A DNA stretch of 64,000 nucleotides from Gammaproteobacteria bacterium (GCA_021773195.1 JAJFKN010000032.1:18644-82643), one strand, 5' to 3'; positions 9,528-20,503 are shown, numbered from the stretch's first letter. Program-made: numbers and translations. Notes: a model not told the origin generated them from the sequence alone.

Positions 9528-9895
9528 GAGAATCCATCCTTTGTTGCCAATGATTGTGCGGGACTCATAACGGGGCTTATCTCAAGTGATTAGCCATGCA
9601 ATCCTTTGCGCCGGTGAATCTTGCCTTCAAGTATCGGCAGAATCTCTTTAAAGGTCAAGGGGTTCGTCATTATTAAGCTAGCTTGTTCGCCAAAGCCACG
9701 GTGGCGCTCATTGGCACTCCACCCCGGCGGGGGCCATCCGTTGGTGGCTTGCAATATCTCTTGCGCAGGGGAGAATGGTATTGCAAGGCCACAACCTAGA
9801 GGGCTGTTTTTGTAGCTTGCTCCATTATATGGTATAATAAACTTCCAAAGGCCCTTAGGTTTGGGCACCTTTCCACTCAATATTGCGAACCGTAT

Positions 9896-10624
9896 ATGTC
9901 AGATAAATCAGTGAAAGATAAAGACTTATCGAAAGTTTCGGGTAAGCAAAAGTACGACGAAGCTTTCTGGGAAGCGGCGGCCAAAATCATGGCGCGTAGT
10001 GCAGAAAAGAAGCAGAAATACGATGTCCCCCAGGAAATTCTGCAAGCATTAGTGGATAGACCCATCAGTACGGCTGAAGTCGATCATCTACTGGAGCAAT
10101 ACGCTTATCTGGAAATCTGTAATGCCGATGCCAGGCATTTTGATACGGATAAAGAACCTACTTTGATACGTTCCGAAAGCGGTTGGTTGATTCACGATTA
10201 TGGGGATTTACTGGTGGCTTCTTCGGGCTTGATGTCCTATGGTCATCATCCGGAAATGAAACGTTACCCTGCTATTAATGATGAATGGAGTAAACCGGAT
10301 CCAGAAGAAGGTGATGGCGGCGCGGGAGAAGAACCGTTAATCCCCGAGGGGAATGGCACCATCGTGCAGCAATTCACAGATACAGCCAAAGATATGGTGG
10401 CTTTAGCGCAAGAACGTTGGACTAAAGGCCGCATCCGCTCTGGTTATACTTCCATGCAACGCATGGCCTGGATCATTGGCTTATTAAACCGTTACCCACT
10501 GGATGGCTTTGAGCCCAACAATGAAGATAAAGTGGTCCTGGTATGGGCAAAACGCAATGGCATGGACCGCTTGATGATCCAAGACACTTCTAAATTAAAA
10601 CCCAAACCTCAACCGGGGCGTTAG
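9896..10624 (+). CDS. Hypothetical protein, LvgA-like (possible Dot/Icm coupling-complex accessory)
   Basis: Motif order IHDYG, T.KDMV..A.ER, G...QR.A, FEP resembles Legionella LvgA as recalled; upstream TTGTAG-17-TATAAT promoter. Confidence 0.45.
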   Translation: MSDKSVKDKDLSKVSGKQKYDEAFWEAAAKIMARSAEKKQKYDVPQEILQALVDRPISTAEVDHLLEQYAYLEICNADARHFDTDKEPTLIRSESGWLIHDYGDLLVASSGLMSYGHHPEMKRYPAINDEWSKPDPEEGDGGAGEEPLIPEGNGTIVQQFTDTAKDMVALAQERWTKGRIRSGYTSMQRMAWIIGLLNRYPLDGFEPNNEDKVVLVWAKRNGMDRLMIQDTSKLKPKPQPGR

Positions 10625-10686
10625 GCTTATTTATGTCACTCTCCGATACTAGCCAATGGCGCTCTTAACTTTACTCTGCCCCCAAA

Positions 10687-11027
10687 CGTCACCCCCGTTT
10701 TTACACGTCACCTCCCCTGAGGGGAGGTCCAGTGAGTTATTCGACTCAGCTATGGATCCCCTGCCGCCCCCGAACGTCATCCCGGAATTTTTCGAAGAAA
10801 AATATCCGGGATCCAGTCAGATTAGGTAGCCCCAGCTTCGCTGGGACGCTTGTTTGGATTGGATCCCCTGCCTTCGCAGGGGATGACGTTAGTTGGTGCA
10901 GGGGTTGATGGAAGTGGTGCACCCCCGCCGCCCCCGAACGTCATTCCCGCGAAGGCGGGAATCCATAGCTGAATCGAATAACTCACTGGATCCTGGATAT
11001 TTTTCTGTGCAAAATTCCAGGAAAACG
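10687..11027. repeat. Cluster of CGTC-type REP palindromes arranged as dimers
   Basis: CGTCACCTCCCCTGAGGGGAGGTCCA; CGTCATCCCGGAATTTTTCGAAGAAAAATATCCGGGATCCA; TGGATCCCCTGCCTTCGCAGGGGATGACG; CGTCATTCCCGCGAAGGCGGGAATCCA (fits ATTCCC-N8-GGGAAT). Confidence 0.9.
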
Positions 11028-11042
11028 GGGTTTGTCGCAAGC

Positions 11043-11074
11043 AAAAAAAATCCCCTCTTTTGAGGGGATTTTTT
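11043..11074. terminator. Bidirectional intrinsic terminator
   Basis: AAAAAAAA-TCCCCTC-TTTT-GAGGGGA-TTTTTT between convergent genes. Confidence 0.85.
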
Positions 11075-11121
11075 ATAACGATATGGTTGGTATCAGTTAT
11101 GCGTAGTTTGTTATTTCCAGT

Positions 11122-13008
<1,887 letters not shown>

Positions 13009-13131
13009 AGGATATCATCCTCGATTCTTAAGGTTAATTCATTGAATAATTGGGTATTTTTGCCGGTTGAATCGCTATGGGCTTAGCATGTTCCGTGATT
13101 TTTTGGCCCAGGATGGCCATTCGTGGGGTCT

Positions 13132-13160
13132 ATAATACGGGAAAACAGTGGAATTGTCAA
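13132..13160 (-). promoter_or_regulatory. Sigma70 promoter for the 628-aa ORF
   Basis: Minus strand TTGACA-17nt-TATTAT. Confidence 0.65.
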
Positions 13161-13161
13161 T

Positions 13162-13198
13162 AAAAAAGCCAGATCCCTAGGAAAGGGCCTGGCTTTTT
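13162..13198 (-). terminator. Intrinsic terminator of the HU-like gene
   Basis: AAAAAAGCCAGATCCCT-AGGAA-AGGGCCTGGCTTTTT hairpin with T-run on the minus strand. Confidence 0.7.
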
Positions 13199-13220
13199 CA
13201 TTTTTGAGAAAAAAGGCTTA

Positions 13221-13793
13221 TTATTCAGCCATTTCTTTCAATTTCTTCAAAGGACGAACTTTTACAACATTGCGAGCTGGTTTAGCTTTGAATGTGGTTT
13301 CTTCGCCGGTGAAGGGGTTGATGCCTCTACGAGCTTTCGTAGCGGGTTTTCTAACAACCTTGATTTTGCACAGACCCGGCAAGGTGAATTCGCCAGCAGC
13401 GCGTTTTCTTACGCTACGATCGATGATGTTACTCAAAGAATCGAATACAGCGCCGATTTCTTTCTTGCTAAGATCCGTATCTTCAGCAATCATGCTGAAA
13501 AGTTGAGACTTAGGCAATTTGCTCGTGATACTAGAAGTAGGTAACTTCTTAGGAGCTGCTTTTTTAGCAGGAGCGCGTTTAGCCGTTGCCTTTTTAGCAG
13601 CAGGTTTGCGAGCTGTGGTTTTACGAGCTGTGGTTTTACGCTTAGCTGTTGCTTTTTTAGCAGCAGGTTTGCGTTTAGCCGTTGTCGTTTTACGCTTAGA
13701 AGTTGCCTTCTTAGCTGTACGAGTTGTACTGCGCTTTGCAGTAGCCTTTTTCTTGGTAGCAGTTTTCCGTTTAGCGGTTCTCTTTGCAGCCAT
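13221..13793 (-). CDS. HU/IHF-family DNA-binding protein with histone H1-like K/A/R/T-rich N-terminal tail
   Basis: C-terminal HU fold (FTLPGL..K..RKPA..R.GINPFTGE..KAKPA) preceded by ~80 aa of KPAAKK/KRKTT repeats. Confidence 0.92.
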   Translation of the reverse strand: MAAKRTAKRKTATKKKATAKRSTTRTAKKATSKRKTTTAKRKPAAKKATAKRKTTARKTTARKPAAKKATAKRAPAKKAAPKKLPTSSITSKLPKSQLFSMIAEDTDLSKKEIGAVFDSLSNIIDRSVRKRAAGEFTLPGLCKIKVVRKPATKARRGINPFTGEETTFKAKPARNVVKVRPLKKLKEMAE

Positions 13794-13902
13794 GTTTACC
13801 TTCTCCTAAAGAATGGTTAAATTAATAAAAATCGTAAGTAAATTACAATAGCTTAATGTTACACTATTAAGCACGTTTTGTAGCGTTTTGTAAGGTATTT
13901 TT

Positions 13903-14223
13903 ATGGATTTTTATGAAAAACACGTGTTTTTCTGTATTAATAAGCGGGAAAATGGTCGAAAATGTTGTGCAGATGCCGATTCGCAGCATCATCGTGACTA
14001 CATGAAAGCACGTTTAAAGGCCATGGGCATGCATGGGAAAGGGTTAATTCGAGTGAATACGTCGGGTTGTTTAGGCCGATGCGCACAGGGCCCGACCTTA
14101 GTTATTTATCCAGAAGGGGTTTGGTATACCTACGCCAACGTGGATGACTTGGATGAAATTATCCAAGAACATTTAGTCAAGGGAAAGCCCGTGACTCGAT
14201 TGCTGATGCCAGAAGAGAAATAA
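13903..14223 (+). CDS. Thioredoxin-like [2Fe-2S] ferredoxin
   Basis: HVFFC.N.R...CC and GCLGRC..GP..VIYPEGVWY. Confidence 0.92.
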   Translation: MDFYEKHVFFCINKRENGRKCCADADSQHHRDYMKARLKAMGMHGKGLIRVNTSGCLGRCAQGPTLVIYPEGVWYTYANVDDLDEIIQEHLVKGKPVTRLLMPEEK

Positions 14224-14370
14224 AACAGTGGCGTTTATGGGGGTGTTTCTCCCCAATCCCCAGGCCAGTTTCTTTGGATTTATCCACTATCTGCCTTGAG
14301 TGTCGTGTCAACTATTATATAGTAGGAGTGGTCTGGTCATAAAGTGACCTTTATCCGTGGGCTTCAGCGG

Positions 14371-14399
14371 TTGTTTTATCCAGGGGAGTAGAGTACAAT
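14371..14399 (+). promoter_or_regulatory. rplM-rpsI promoter
   Basis: TTGTTT-17nt-TACAAT followed by a GC-rich discriminator. Confidence 0.55.
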
Positions 14400-14442
14400 C
14401 CCCGCCCTTAACTGGGATAATTCCAGACTGGAGCACAGAATC

Positions 14443-14880
14443 ATGAAAACTTATAGTGCAAAGCCAGAGAGCGTAACGCGGGATTGGTATATCGTAGATG
14501 CCACCGATAAGACCCTGGGGCGTTTAGCCACAGAGGTCGCCCGTAGGCTCCGGGGCAAGCATAAGCCCGTCTATACCCCCCATGTGGATACAGGCGATTA
14601 CATTATTATATTAAATGCAGCGAAAGTTCGCGTTACTGGCGATAAGGCTAAAAAGAAGATTTATCATCATCATACGGGTTTCCCCGGTGGTATTAAATCC
14701 ATTACTTTTGATAAGCTTTTAGCCCGGTCACCCGAGCGTATCATCGAAAAAGCGGTAAAAGGCATGTTACCTAAAGGTCCTTTAGGTCGCCAAATGTATC
14801 GTAAGATGAAGGTTTATGCGGGTACTGAACATCCTCATACAGCCCAGCAGCCACAACCATTAGAAATAGCGGAAGGTTAA
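14443..14880 (+). CDS. rplM: 50S ribosomal protein L13
   Basis: [27 protein letters not shown]. Confidence 0.98.
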   Translation: MKTYSAKPESVTRDWYIVDATDKTLGRLATEVARRLRGKHKPVYTPHVDTGDYIIILNAAKVRVTGDKAKKKIYHHHTGFPGGIKSITFDKLLARSPERIIEKAVKGMLPKGPLGRQMYRKMKVYAGTEHPHTAQQPQPLEIAEG

Positions 14881-14883
14881 ACC

Positions 14884-15306
14884 ATGTCTAAGCAACAATA
14901 TTACGGCACGGGTCGCCGCAAAAGTTCTACGGCGCGGGTATTTATTAAAGCCGGTAAAGGCACCATCACGGTGAATTGTAAGTCATTAGATGATTACTTT
15001 GGTCGTGAAACAGCTCGTATGGTGGTTCGTCAACCCCTAGAAGCTGTGAATATGATGGGTAAATTTGATATCTATATCACCGTTCGTGGTGGTGGTCACT
15101 CAGGTCAATCGGGCGCTATTCGCCACGGTTTGACTCGGGCCCTCATGAATTATGATGAAGAAACTGGCGGTTCGGGTGAAGGCGACAAATCTTTCCGACG
15201 TATTCTACGTAAAGAGGGTTACGTGACTCGTGACTCCCGTGAAGTGGAACGTAAGAAAGTGGGTCTGCACAAAGCGCGTAAACGTCCACAATACTCGAAA
15301 CGTTAA
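14884..15306 (+). CDS. rpsI: 30S ribosomal protein S9
   Basis: GTGRRKSS and [20 protein letters not shown]. Confidence 0.98.
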   Translation: MSKQQYYGTGRRKSSTARVFIKAGKGTITVNCKSLDDYFGRETARMVVRQPLEAVNMMGKFDIYITVRGGGHSGQSGAIRHGLTRALMNYDEETGGSGEGDKSFRRILRKEGYVTRDSREVERKKVGLHKARKRPQYSKR

Positions 15307-15325
15307 TTACTTTTCGTTTCCTTGG

Positions 15326-15360
15326 AAAAAGGCAGAATCCCTTGGGTTCTGCCTTTTTTT
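15326..15360 (+). terminator. Intrinsic terminator after rpsI
   Basis: AAAAAGGCAGAATCC-CTT-GGGTTCTGCCTTTTTTT. Confidence 0.85.
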
Positions 15361-15410
15361 GTGGGTGGATGACGGGCCTTCGCGCAAACTTTTACGTCTA
15401 TCTGCGGGAA

Positions 15411-15508
15411 GGCATCCCCGTGGGAACAGGCGACCCAGTCCGAATAAGTGTTTTAGCAAAGCTGAAACGACCTAATCTGACTGGACCCCGGCCTTCGCCG
15501 GGGTGACG
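15411..15508. repeat. CGTC-type REP dimer with cargo hairpin homologous to 10813-10862
   Basis: Degenerate REP, 50-nt hairpin, then TGGACCCCGGCCTTCGCCGGGGTGACG. Confidence 0.8.
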
Positions 15509-15689
15509 TTGGGGCTGGAGACGGAGTGACGTTGGGGCGGGAGACGGGGTGACGTTGGGCCCGAGCGGGGTGACGTTGGGGCTGGACGGGGTGGCGTTGG
15601 GGCTGGAGACGGAGTGACGTTGGGGCTGGAGACGGAGTGACGTTGGGGCTGGACGGGGTGACGTTGGAGCCGAGCGGGGTGGCGTGGGC
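15500..15689. repeat. G-rich minisatellite, 8 full units of 23/21 bp plus a partial ninth
   Basis: Consensus GG(G/A)GTGACGTTGGGGCTGG(AG)AC; unit lengths 23,23,21,21,23,23,21,21. Confidence 0.95.
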
Positions 15690-15703
15690 AAGCCTGTGAA
15701 ACA

Positions 15704-15744
15704 CGTCATCCCGGAATTTTTCGAAGAAAAATGTCCGGGATCCA
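15704..15744. repeat. Long CGTC-type REP palindrome
   Basis: CGTCATCCCGGAATTTTTCGAAGAAAAATGTCCGGGATCCA; 1 mismatch to 10775-10815. Confidence 0.92.
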
Positions 15745-15776
15745 GGCCAAAACAGGGCTCTGCGGGGGAAGCAGTC

Positions 15777-16868
15777 CTAAACGTTAAAGCGAAAGTGCAC
15801 GACATCGCCATCAAGCATAATGTAATCTTTGCCTTCTAAGCGCCATTTGCCCGCTTCTTTACAGCCGGCTTCACCTTTATATTGAATGAAATCCTCAAAA
15901 GCCGTGACTTCCGCCCGGATAAAGCCTTTTTCAAAATCTGTGTGTATGCGTCCTGCTGCTTGGGGTGCTGTGGAACCTTGGCGCACGGTCCAAGCTCGTA
16001 CTTCTTTGACGCCTGCGGTAAAGTAAGTTTGTAAGCCTAATAAATCGTATCCCGCATGAATGACTCGGTCCAACCCGGGTTCTTCAAGTCCTAAGTCTTG
16101 CAGGAATTCTTGTTTTTCAGTATCGTCCAATTCGGCAATTTCTGCTTCTATAGAAGCACAAACAGCGACTATTTTCGCTCCTTCTTTATCCGCAATGGCT
16201 TGCACTTGATCCAAATAAGCATTATCGGTGAAGCCATCATCGGCTACATTGGCAATATATAAAGTGGGTTTGGCCGTCAATAAATGCAGATCACGCAACC
16301 AGACTTTTTCAGCGTCGGTGTACTCTAATGTACGTACAGGGTCACCCTTATCTAATTGCTCTTTTACTTTCGCATAAAAAACTTGTTGTGCTTTTGCTTC
16401 TTTATCACCGGATTTAGCTAATTTAGCAATACGTTGCAGGGCTTTTTCCATGCTTTCTAAGTCAGCCAAAGCTAACTCTGTATGGATAATATCAATGTCC
16501 CTTTGCGGATCCACATGACCTGATACGTGAGTAACATCGTCATCATCAAAACAACGAACCACATGGGCAATGGCATGGGTTTCTCGAATATTCGCCAGGA
16601 ATTTATTACCTAAGCCTTCACCTTTTGATGCCCCCGCCACGAGGCCTGCTATGTCCACAAACTCCATAGTGGTGGGAATGACTTTTTGTGGCTTCACGAT
16701 GTCCGCCAATTGATTCAAGCGGGGATCGGGCATGGGTACGATGCCCACATTAGGCTCGATGGTGCAAAAGGGATAGTTGGCAGCATCGATGCTGGCTTTG
16801 GTTAAAGCATTAAAAAGCGTGGATTTGCCCACATTTGGTAAGCCCACGATACCGCAATTGAAACCCAT
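15777..16868 (-). CDS. ychF: Ribosome-binding ATPase YchF
   Basis: [26 protein letters not shown] and [10 protein letters not shown]. Confidence 0.98.
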   Translation of the reverse strand: MGFNCGIVGLPNVGKSTLFNALTKASIDAANYPFCTIEPNVGIVPMPDPRLNQLADIVKPQKVIPTTMEFVDIAGLVAGASKGEGLGNKFLANIRETHAIAHVVRCFDDDDVTHVSGHVDPQRDIDIIHTELALADLESMEKALQRIAKLAKSGDKEAKAQQVFYAKVKEQLDKGDPVRTLEYTDAEKVWLRDLHLLTAKPTLYIANVADDGFTDNAYLDQVQAIADKEGAKIVAVCASIEAEIAELDDTEKQEFLQDLGLEEPGLDRVIHAGYDLLGLQTYFTAGVKEVRAWTVRQGSTAPQAAGRIHTDFEKGFIRAEVTAFEDFIQYKGEAGCKEAGKWRLEGKDYIMLDGDVVHFRFNV

Positions 16869-16922
16869 AATGATATCCTTTGGATGTTATTTTAAGAGAG
16901 GAATTGTAGCATAAATTACAGT

Positions 16923-17495
16923 TTAGGGCTCGGTATGCAACTCTTTCATGGCTCGTTCTTCATCACCTTCCAGGGCCCAGGGCATTACGTCTAATGCGCG
17001 ATAGATGGCTTCATCAATGGCGGTTTGTTCACTGGAGGTTGGTCTTTTTAAGACATAATTCACTACATCGCGGCCCTTGCCAGGATGTCCAATACCAATA
17101 CGGACACGCAGAAAGTTTTTACCCATGCGGGCTATGATGTCCCGCAGTCCATTATGGCCGCCATGTCCACCGTCGCGTTTTAAGCGCACTGTGCCGGCAG
17201 GTAAATCCAATTCATCGTGAGCCACAAGGATATTTTCCAGGGGGATCTTATAAAAACTTGCGACACTTTGTACGGCTTGGCCGCTGAGATTCATGAAAGT
17301 ATGGGGCAAGAGAAAACGACAATCTTGACCGGCGATGGAGGCGCGGCCCACTTGGCCATGGAATTTTTTTTCTAAAGAGAGGGTAACGCCTAATTGCCGG
17401 GCTAGGGCTTTAACGAACCAACAGCCAGCGTTATGACGGGTTTTTTCATAGTCGGAGCCGGGATTCATTAAGCCAACTACCAATTGAATGGGCAT
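16923..17495 (-). CDS. pth: Peptidyl-tRNA hydrolase
   Basis: TRHNAG, FMNLSG, HDELDL and GGHGGHNGL. Confidence 0.97.
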   Translation of the reverse strand: MPIQLVVGLMNPGSDYEKTRHNAGCWFVKALARQLGVTLSLEKKFHGQVGRASIAGQDCRFLLPHTFMNLSGQAVQSVASFYKIPLENILVAHDELDLPAGTVRLKRDGGHGGHNGLRDIIARMGKNFLRVRIGIGHPGKGRDVVNYVLKRPTSSEQTAIDEAIYRALDVMPWALEGDEERAMKELHTEP

Positions 17496-17556
17496 TTTTC
17501 AACAGACTCCTTGTGAAAAGGCCCCTTCTCTTAAAGGGGCCCTTTGCGAGGAGAGC

Positions 17557-18243
17557 TTACTCCTCGCCACCTTCTTCAGCTTCTGAACCTTTATCTTCGC
17601 TTTCAGAACTTTCAGCGCCTTCTTCAGTTTCTTCTGTCTCAGGTTCGGGTTCTTCCTGGATGCGTTGCAGATGGAGGCTAACCACAGGGTGATCGTTTTC
17701 ACCATGGGTTTCTACAGGTTGTTGCAACTCCACATCTTTTGGCAACTTAATATCGGAAATATGTAACACAGAGTCCATTTCCATTTTAGAAACGTCCACT
17801 TGGATGAATTCAGGTAAAGCACCGGGTAAACAAGTGACTTCCAAATCCGTAATGGTGTGACTGAAAGTTCCCCCTTCGTTAACACCAGGAGCCTCTTCTT
17901 CACCCAAGAAATGCAATGGGATGTGCATTTTGAGTTTTTCAGTAGCGCTAACTCGTAGAAAATCTAAATGATTTACTTTAGGTTTGTAAACATGGCGTTG
18001 AATGTCTTTCAAAACCACTTTTTCTTTTTTGCCATCTAGATTGATGGTCAAAATTTGCGAGTAAAAGCTTTCATTTTCCAGGGCATGGCAGATTTCATTT
18101 TGCTTTACGCTGATTTTGATGGGCTCTTTGGACGCACCATAGATAATGGCGGGTACTTTATCTTCTAGGCGACGCAGGCGGCGGCTCGCACCCTTCCCAA
18201 CATCGGACCGTAATTCGGCCTGAATTTCTGACTTTTCTGACAT
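17557..18243 (-). CDS. rplY: 50S ribosomal protein L25/general stress protein Ctc
   Basis: GKGASRRLRR, VPAIIYG and HLDF; long form with acidic tail. Confidence 0.96.
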   Translation of the reverse strand: MSEKSEIQAELRSDVGKGASRRLRRLEDKVPAIIYGASKEPIKISVKQNEICHALENESFYSQILTINLDGKKEKVVLKDIQRHVYKPKVNHLDFLRVSATEKLKMHIPLHFLGEEEAPGVNEGGTFSHTITDLEVTCLPGALPEFIQVDVSKMEMDSVLHISDIKLPKDVELQQPVETHGENDHPVVSLHLQRIQEEPEPETEETEEGAESSESEDKGSEAEEGGEE

Positions 18244-18371
18244 GTGATAACTCCAATATTATTAATCATTTATCTACTATCGTGCCCGCGACCAGGACCC
18301 GACAGGAGGCGGCATTATACAGGGTATAGAGGCACGACACCAGCGCCTATTTTATAGGGGGGCTTTGGGCA

Positions 18372-19319
18372 TTATTCGGCGAACATTGAACTTACGGATT
18401 CTTCTTCATTAATGCGTCGAATGGTCTGAGCAAGCATTTGGCTGAGGGTGATTTGTCTAATTTTAGAGCATTCCTTGGCACCTTCATGCAGTGGAATGGT
18501 ATCCGTCACCACGATATCATCCAGTGCCGAAGCTTGAATTCGCTCAATGGCATTGCCCGATAAAATAGCATGGGTGCAATAGGCTGATACGGTAGCAGCG
18601 CCATTCTTCTTAAGAGCTTCAGCTGCCAAGCAGAGAGTTCCCGCCGTATCCACCATGTCATCCACGAGGATACAATTGCGGTCTTTTACGTCACCAATGA
18701 GATTCATGACTTCCACTTGATTAGGGCCGGCACGCCGTTTATCAATAATGGCTAAATCGGAGTCATTCAAGCGTTTAGCAAAGGCTCTAGCACGAATCAC
18801 GCCGCCTACATCGGGGGAAACCACCATGGGATTAGGAAAGTTTTGTTTGCGAATATCTTCCATAAGCACGGGGGTGCCATAGACATTATCCACGGGGATA
18901 TAAAAGAATCCCTGAATCTGATCCGCGTGTAAGTCCACGGTTAATAAACGATTGACGCCCACTTTGGCCATCATATCGGCTACCACTTTTGCCGTAATAG
19001 GCACCCGAGCTGAACGCACACGACGATCTTGGCGGGCATAACCGAAATAAGGAACCACGGCGGTGATGCGTTTTGCTGAAGCGCGGCGAAAGGCATCGGC
19101 CATGATAATCATCTCCATCAAATGATCATTGGCAGGATTGTTAGTGGATTGAATAATAAAAACTTCCCGTCCACGAACGTTTTCTAATAATTCCACCATA
19201 ATTTCGCCATCGCTGAAGCGATCGACGGTAATCTTACCCAGCTCAATATCTAAATGATTCGCGATGGAGGCTGATAATTCAGGATTTGAATTTCCGCTAA
19301 AGATCATCATTTCTGACAT
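18372..19319 (-). CDS. prs: Ribose-phosphate pyrophosphokinase
   Basis: [26 protein letters not shown] and [10 protein letters not shown]. Confidence 0.98.
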   Translation of the reverse strand: MSEMMIFSGNSNPELSASIANHLDIELGKITVDRFSDGEIMVELLENVRGREVFIIQSTNNPANDHLMEMIIMADAFRRASAKRITAVVPYFGYARQDRRVRSARVPITAKVVADMMAKVGVNRLLTVDLHADQIQGFFYIPVDNVYGTPVLMEDIRKQNFPNPMVVSPDVGGVIRARAFAKRLNDSDLAIIDKRRAGPNQVEVMNLIGDVKDRNCILVDDMVDTAGTLCLAAEALKKNGAATVSAYCTHAILSGNAIERIQASALDDIVVTDTIPLHEGAKECSKIRQITLSQMLAQTIRRINEEESVSSMFAE

Positions 19320-19355
19320 GGGCAGCTGTCCTTGGCAATTAGGTGAAAATGTAGA

Positions 19356-19430
19356 TGGCTGGGGTGCCAGGATTCGAACCTGGGAATGCGGAGATCAAAA
19401 CCCCGTGCCTTACCACTTGGCGACACCCCA
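19356..19430 (-). tRNA. tRNA-Gln(TTG)
   Basis: TGGGGTGTCGCCAAGTGGTAAGGCACGGGGTTTTGATCTCCGCATTCCCAGGTTCGAATCCTGGCACCCCAGCCA folds as a cloverleaf with encoded CCA. Confidence 0.97.
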
Positions 19431-19530
19431 ATAAACGATTCTCGCAATGATTTTTGAGAACCGATATTTTGCGGGGTGACGTATGGCTTGTCAATTGTTA
19501 TAACAAAAAAATTCACCAAGAGTTGCCAAA

Positions 19531-20142
19531 TTAGCGACTAATTTGCCACTGATTGATGGCCATTCTCACTTTTACCGGGCCATTATTCATAAAAACACGT
19601 TTGGGTAAATCTATACCACTTACGTTGGTGTATTGTTTATATTGAATATTCCAGCCTTGTTGTTGCAGGCTGGTAATATGATGGTAGGCGTCCCATTGTT
19701 TGTTTGAGGGTGAACCCGGTGCAGGCAATCCTCGAACCCAATAGTACAAATTACTTACGGGCACATCCCAACCCAGTTGTTGTTGTAGAAGGATTTCTGG
19801 ATTGTTGGCGGAGGTGGTTTTGCCATTGGCCATGCGTAAAATGACTTGGCCAGGATGGCCAGTGAGTTTGACGCTGCCCATGCCCACGGGGCCGTATAGA
19901 TCCATTTGGTAATTATTAGGCCCTTTTTGTTGCCATTGAACCTGAGCGCTGCCCGCCTGCTTTGGGGTGACAACACTCATGGCACCGTTGAGCTGCCAGC
20001 TTTGGATGCTGGCTAATTGGTGACTACGGGTTTCCCAGGTGAGCTTTTTATCTTGTGGTGGGGCTTGTACGGGGGTGGTTGTGGCGCAGGCGGTGAGCAG
20101 GCATGCCGTGGCGAGCGTGATTATGTGGCCTGTGAATTTCAT
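19531..20142 (-). CDS. lolB: Outer-membrane lipoprotein receptor LolB
   Basis: Lipobox LTAC after ATG 20142; W...G, P.G.G and LGW..PV..L.YWVRG motifs; synteny with prs. Confidence 0.9.
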   Translation of the reverse strand: MKFTGHIITLATACLLTACATTTPVQAPPQDKKLTWETRSHQLASIQSWQLNGAMSVVTPKQAGSAQVQWQQKGPNNYQMDLYGPVGMGSVKLTGHPGQVILRMANGKTTSANNPEILLQQQLGWDVPVSNLYYWVRGLPAPGSPSNKQWDAYHHITSLQQQGWNIQYKQYTNVSGIDLPKRVFMNNGPVKVRMAINQWQISR

Positions 20143-20399
20143 GGTGGTCCTTAAGTAATGTTCGGTGGCAATTAATATCGGTAAAGCCGATAGAAGATTA
20201 TCCTTTGTAAAACACACGCTGCGCTGCTGTGAATACATTCCTGTAGCTTTCTTGCTGCTAAGAGTTTTACAAAGGACCATCCTAATACAGGCATGCAGGT
20301 ATCTATCTCGGTATCTTTGCTAATACCAGAATCTACTTAGGCCTGTGATTGTAGCATACCCTCTTAAAGCTTGTTATGCTTTGGTTTGGGATAGTTGTG

Positions 20400-20503
20400 G
20401 AAATTGTTGATCGCTTTTTTCAAATATGCTGTTAATAGGTCCCTGTAAGCGCTATGCAGGCATCCCTCCCACATACGGTTTGAAAAAAGCGATCAATAAT
20501 TTC
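20400..20503. repeat. Palindromic dispersed element, copy 3
   Basis: 25-bp IR GAAATTGTTGATCGCTTTTTTCAAA / TTTGAAAAAAGCGATCAATAATTTC (1 G-T pair) around a degenerate shared core. Confidence 0.8.

Noticed and set aside
9590-10065. ORFs 9590-9880, 9621-9815 and 9877-10065
   Set aside because: No recognisable motifs; they span the promoters or structured region, or lie antisense to the 242-aa gene
10822-11040. 72-aa ORF containing WIPAFAGMT
   Set aside because: Typical spurious translation of CGTC REP sequence
13123-13809. Plus-strand ORFs antisense to the HU-like gene, and other short antisense ORFs in the track
   Set aside because: Shadow frames of well-supported genes on the opposite strand
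15500-15689. Possible CRISPR array
   Set aside because: Units are only 21-23 bp with recurring tails, not unique 30-40 bp spacers, and there are no cas genes in the window
15230-15814. ORFs 15230-15475, 15398-15814 and 15453-15704
   Set aside because: Open frames produced by the stop-poor GC-rich repeat; they cross a terminator or overlap real genes
19356-19530. Integrative element at tRNA-Gln
   Set aside because: No integrase, and no duplicated tRNA 3' end was noticed
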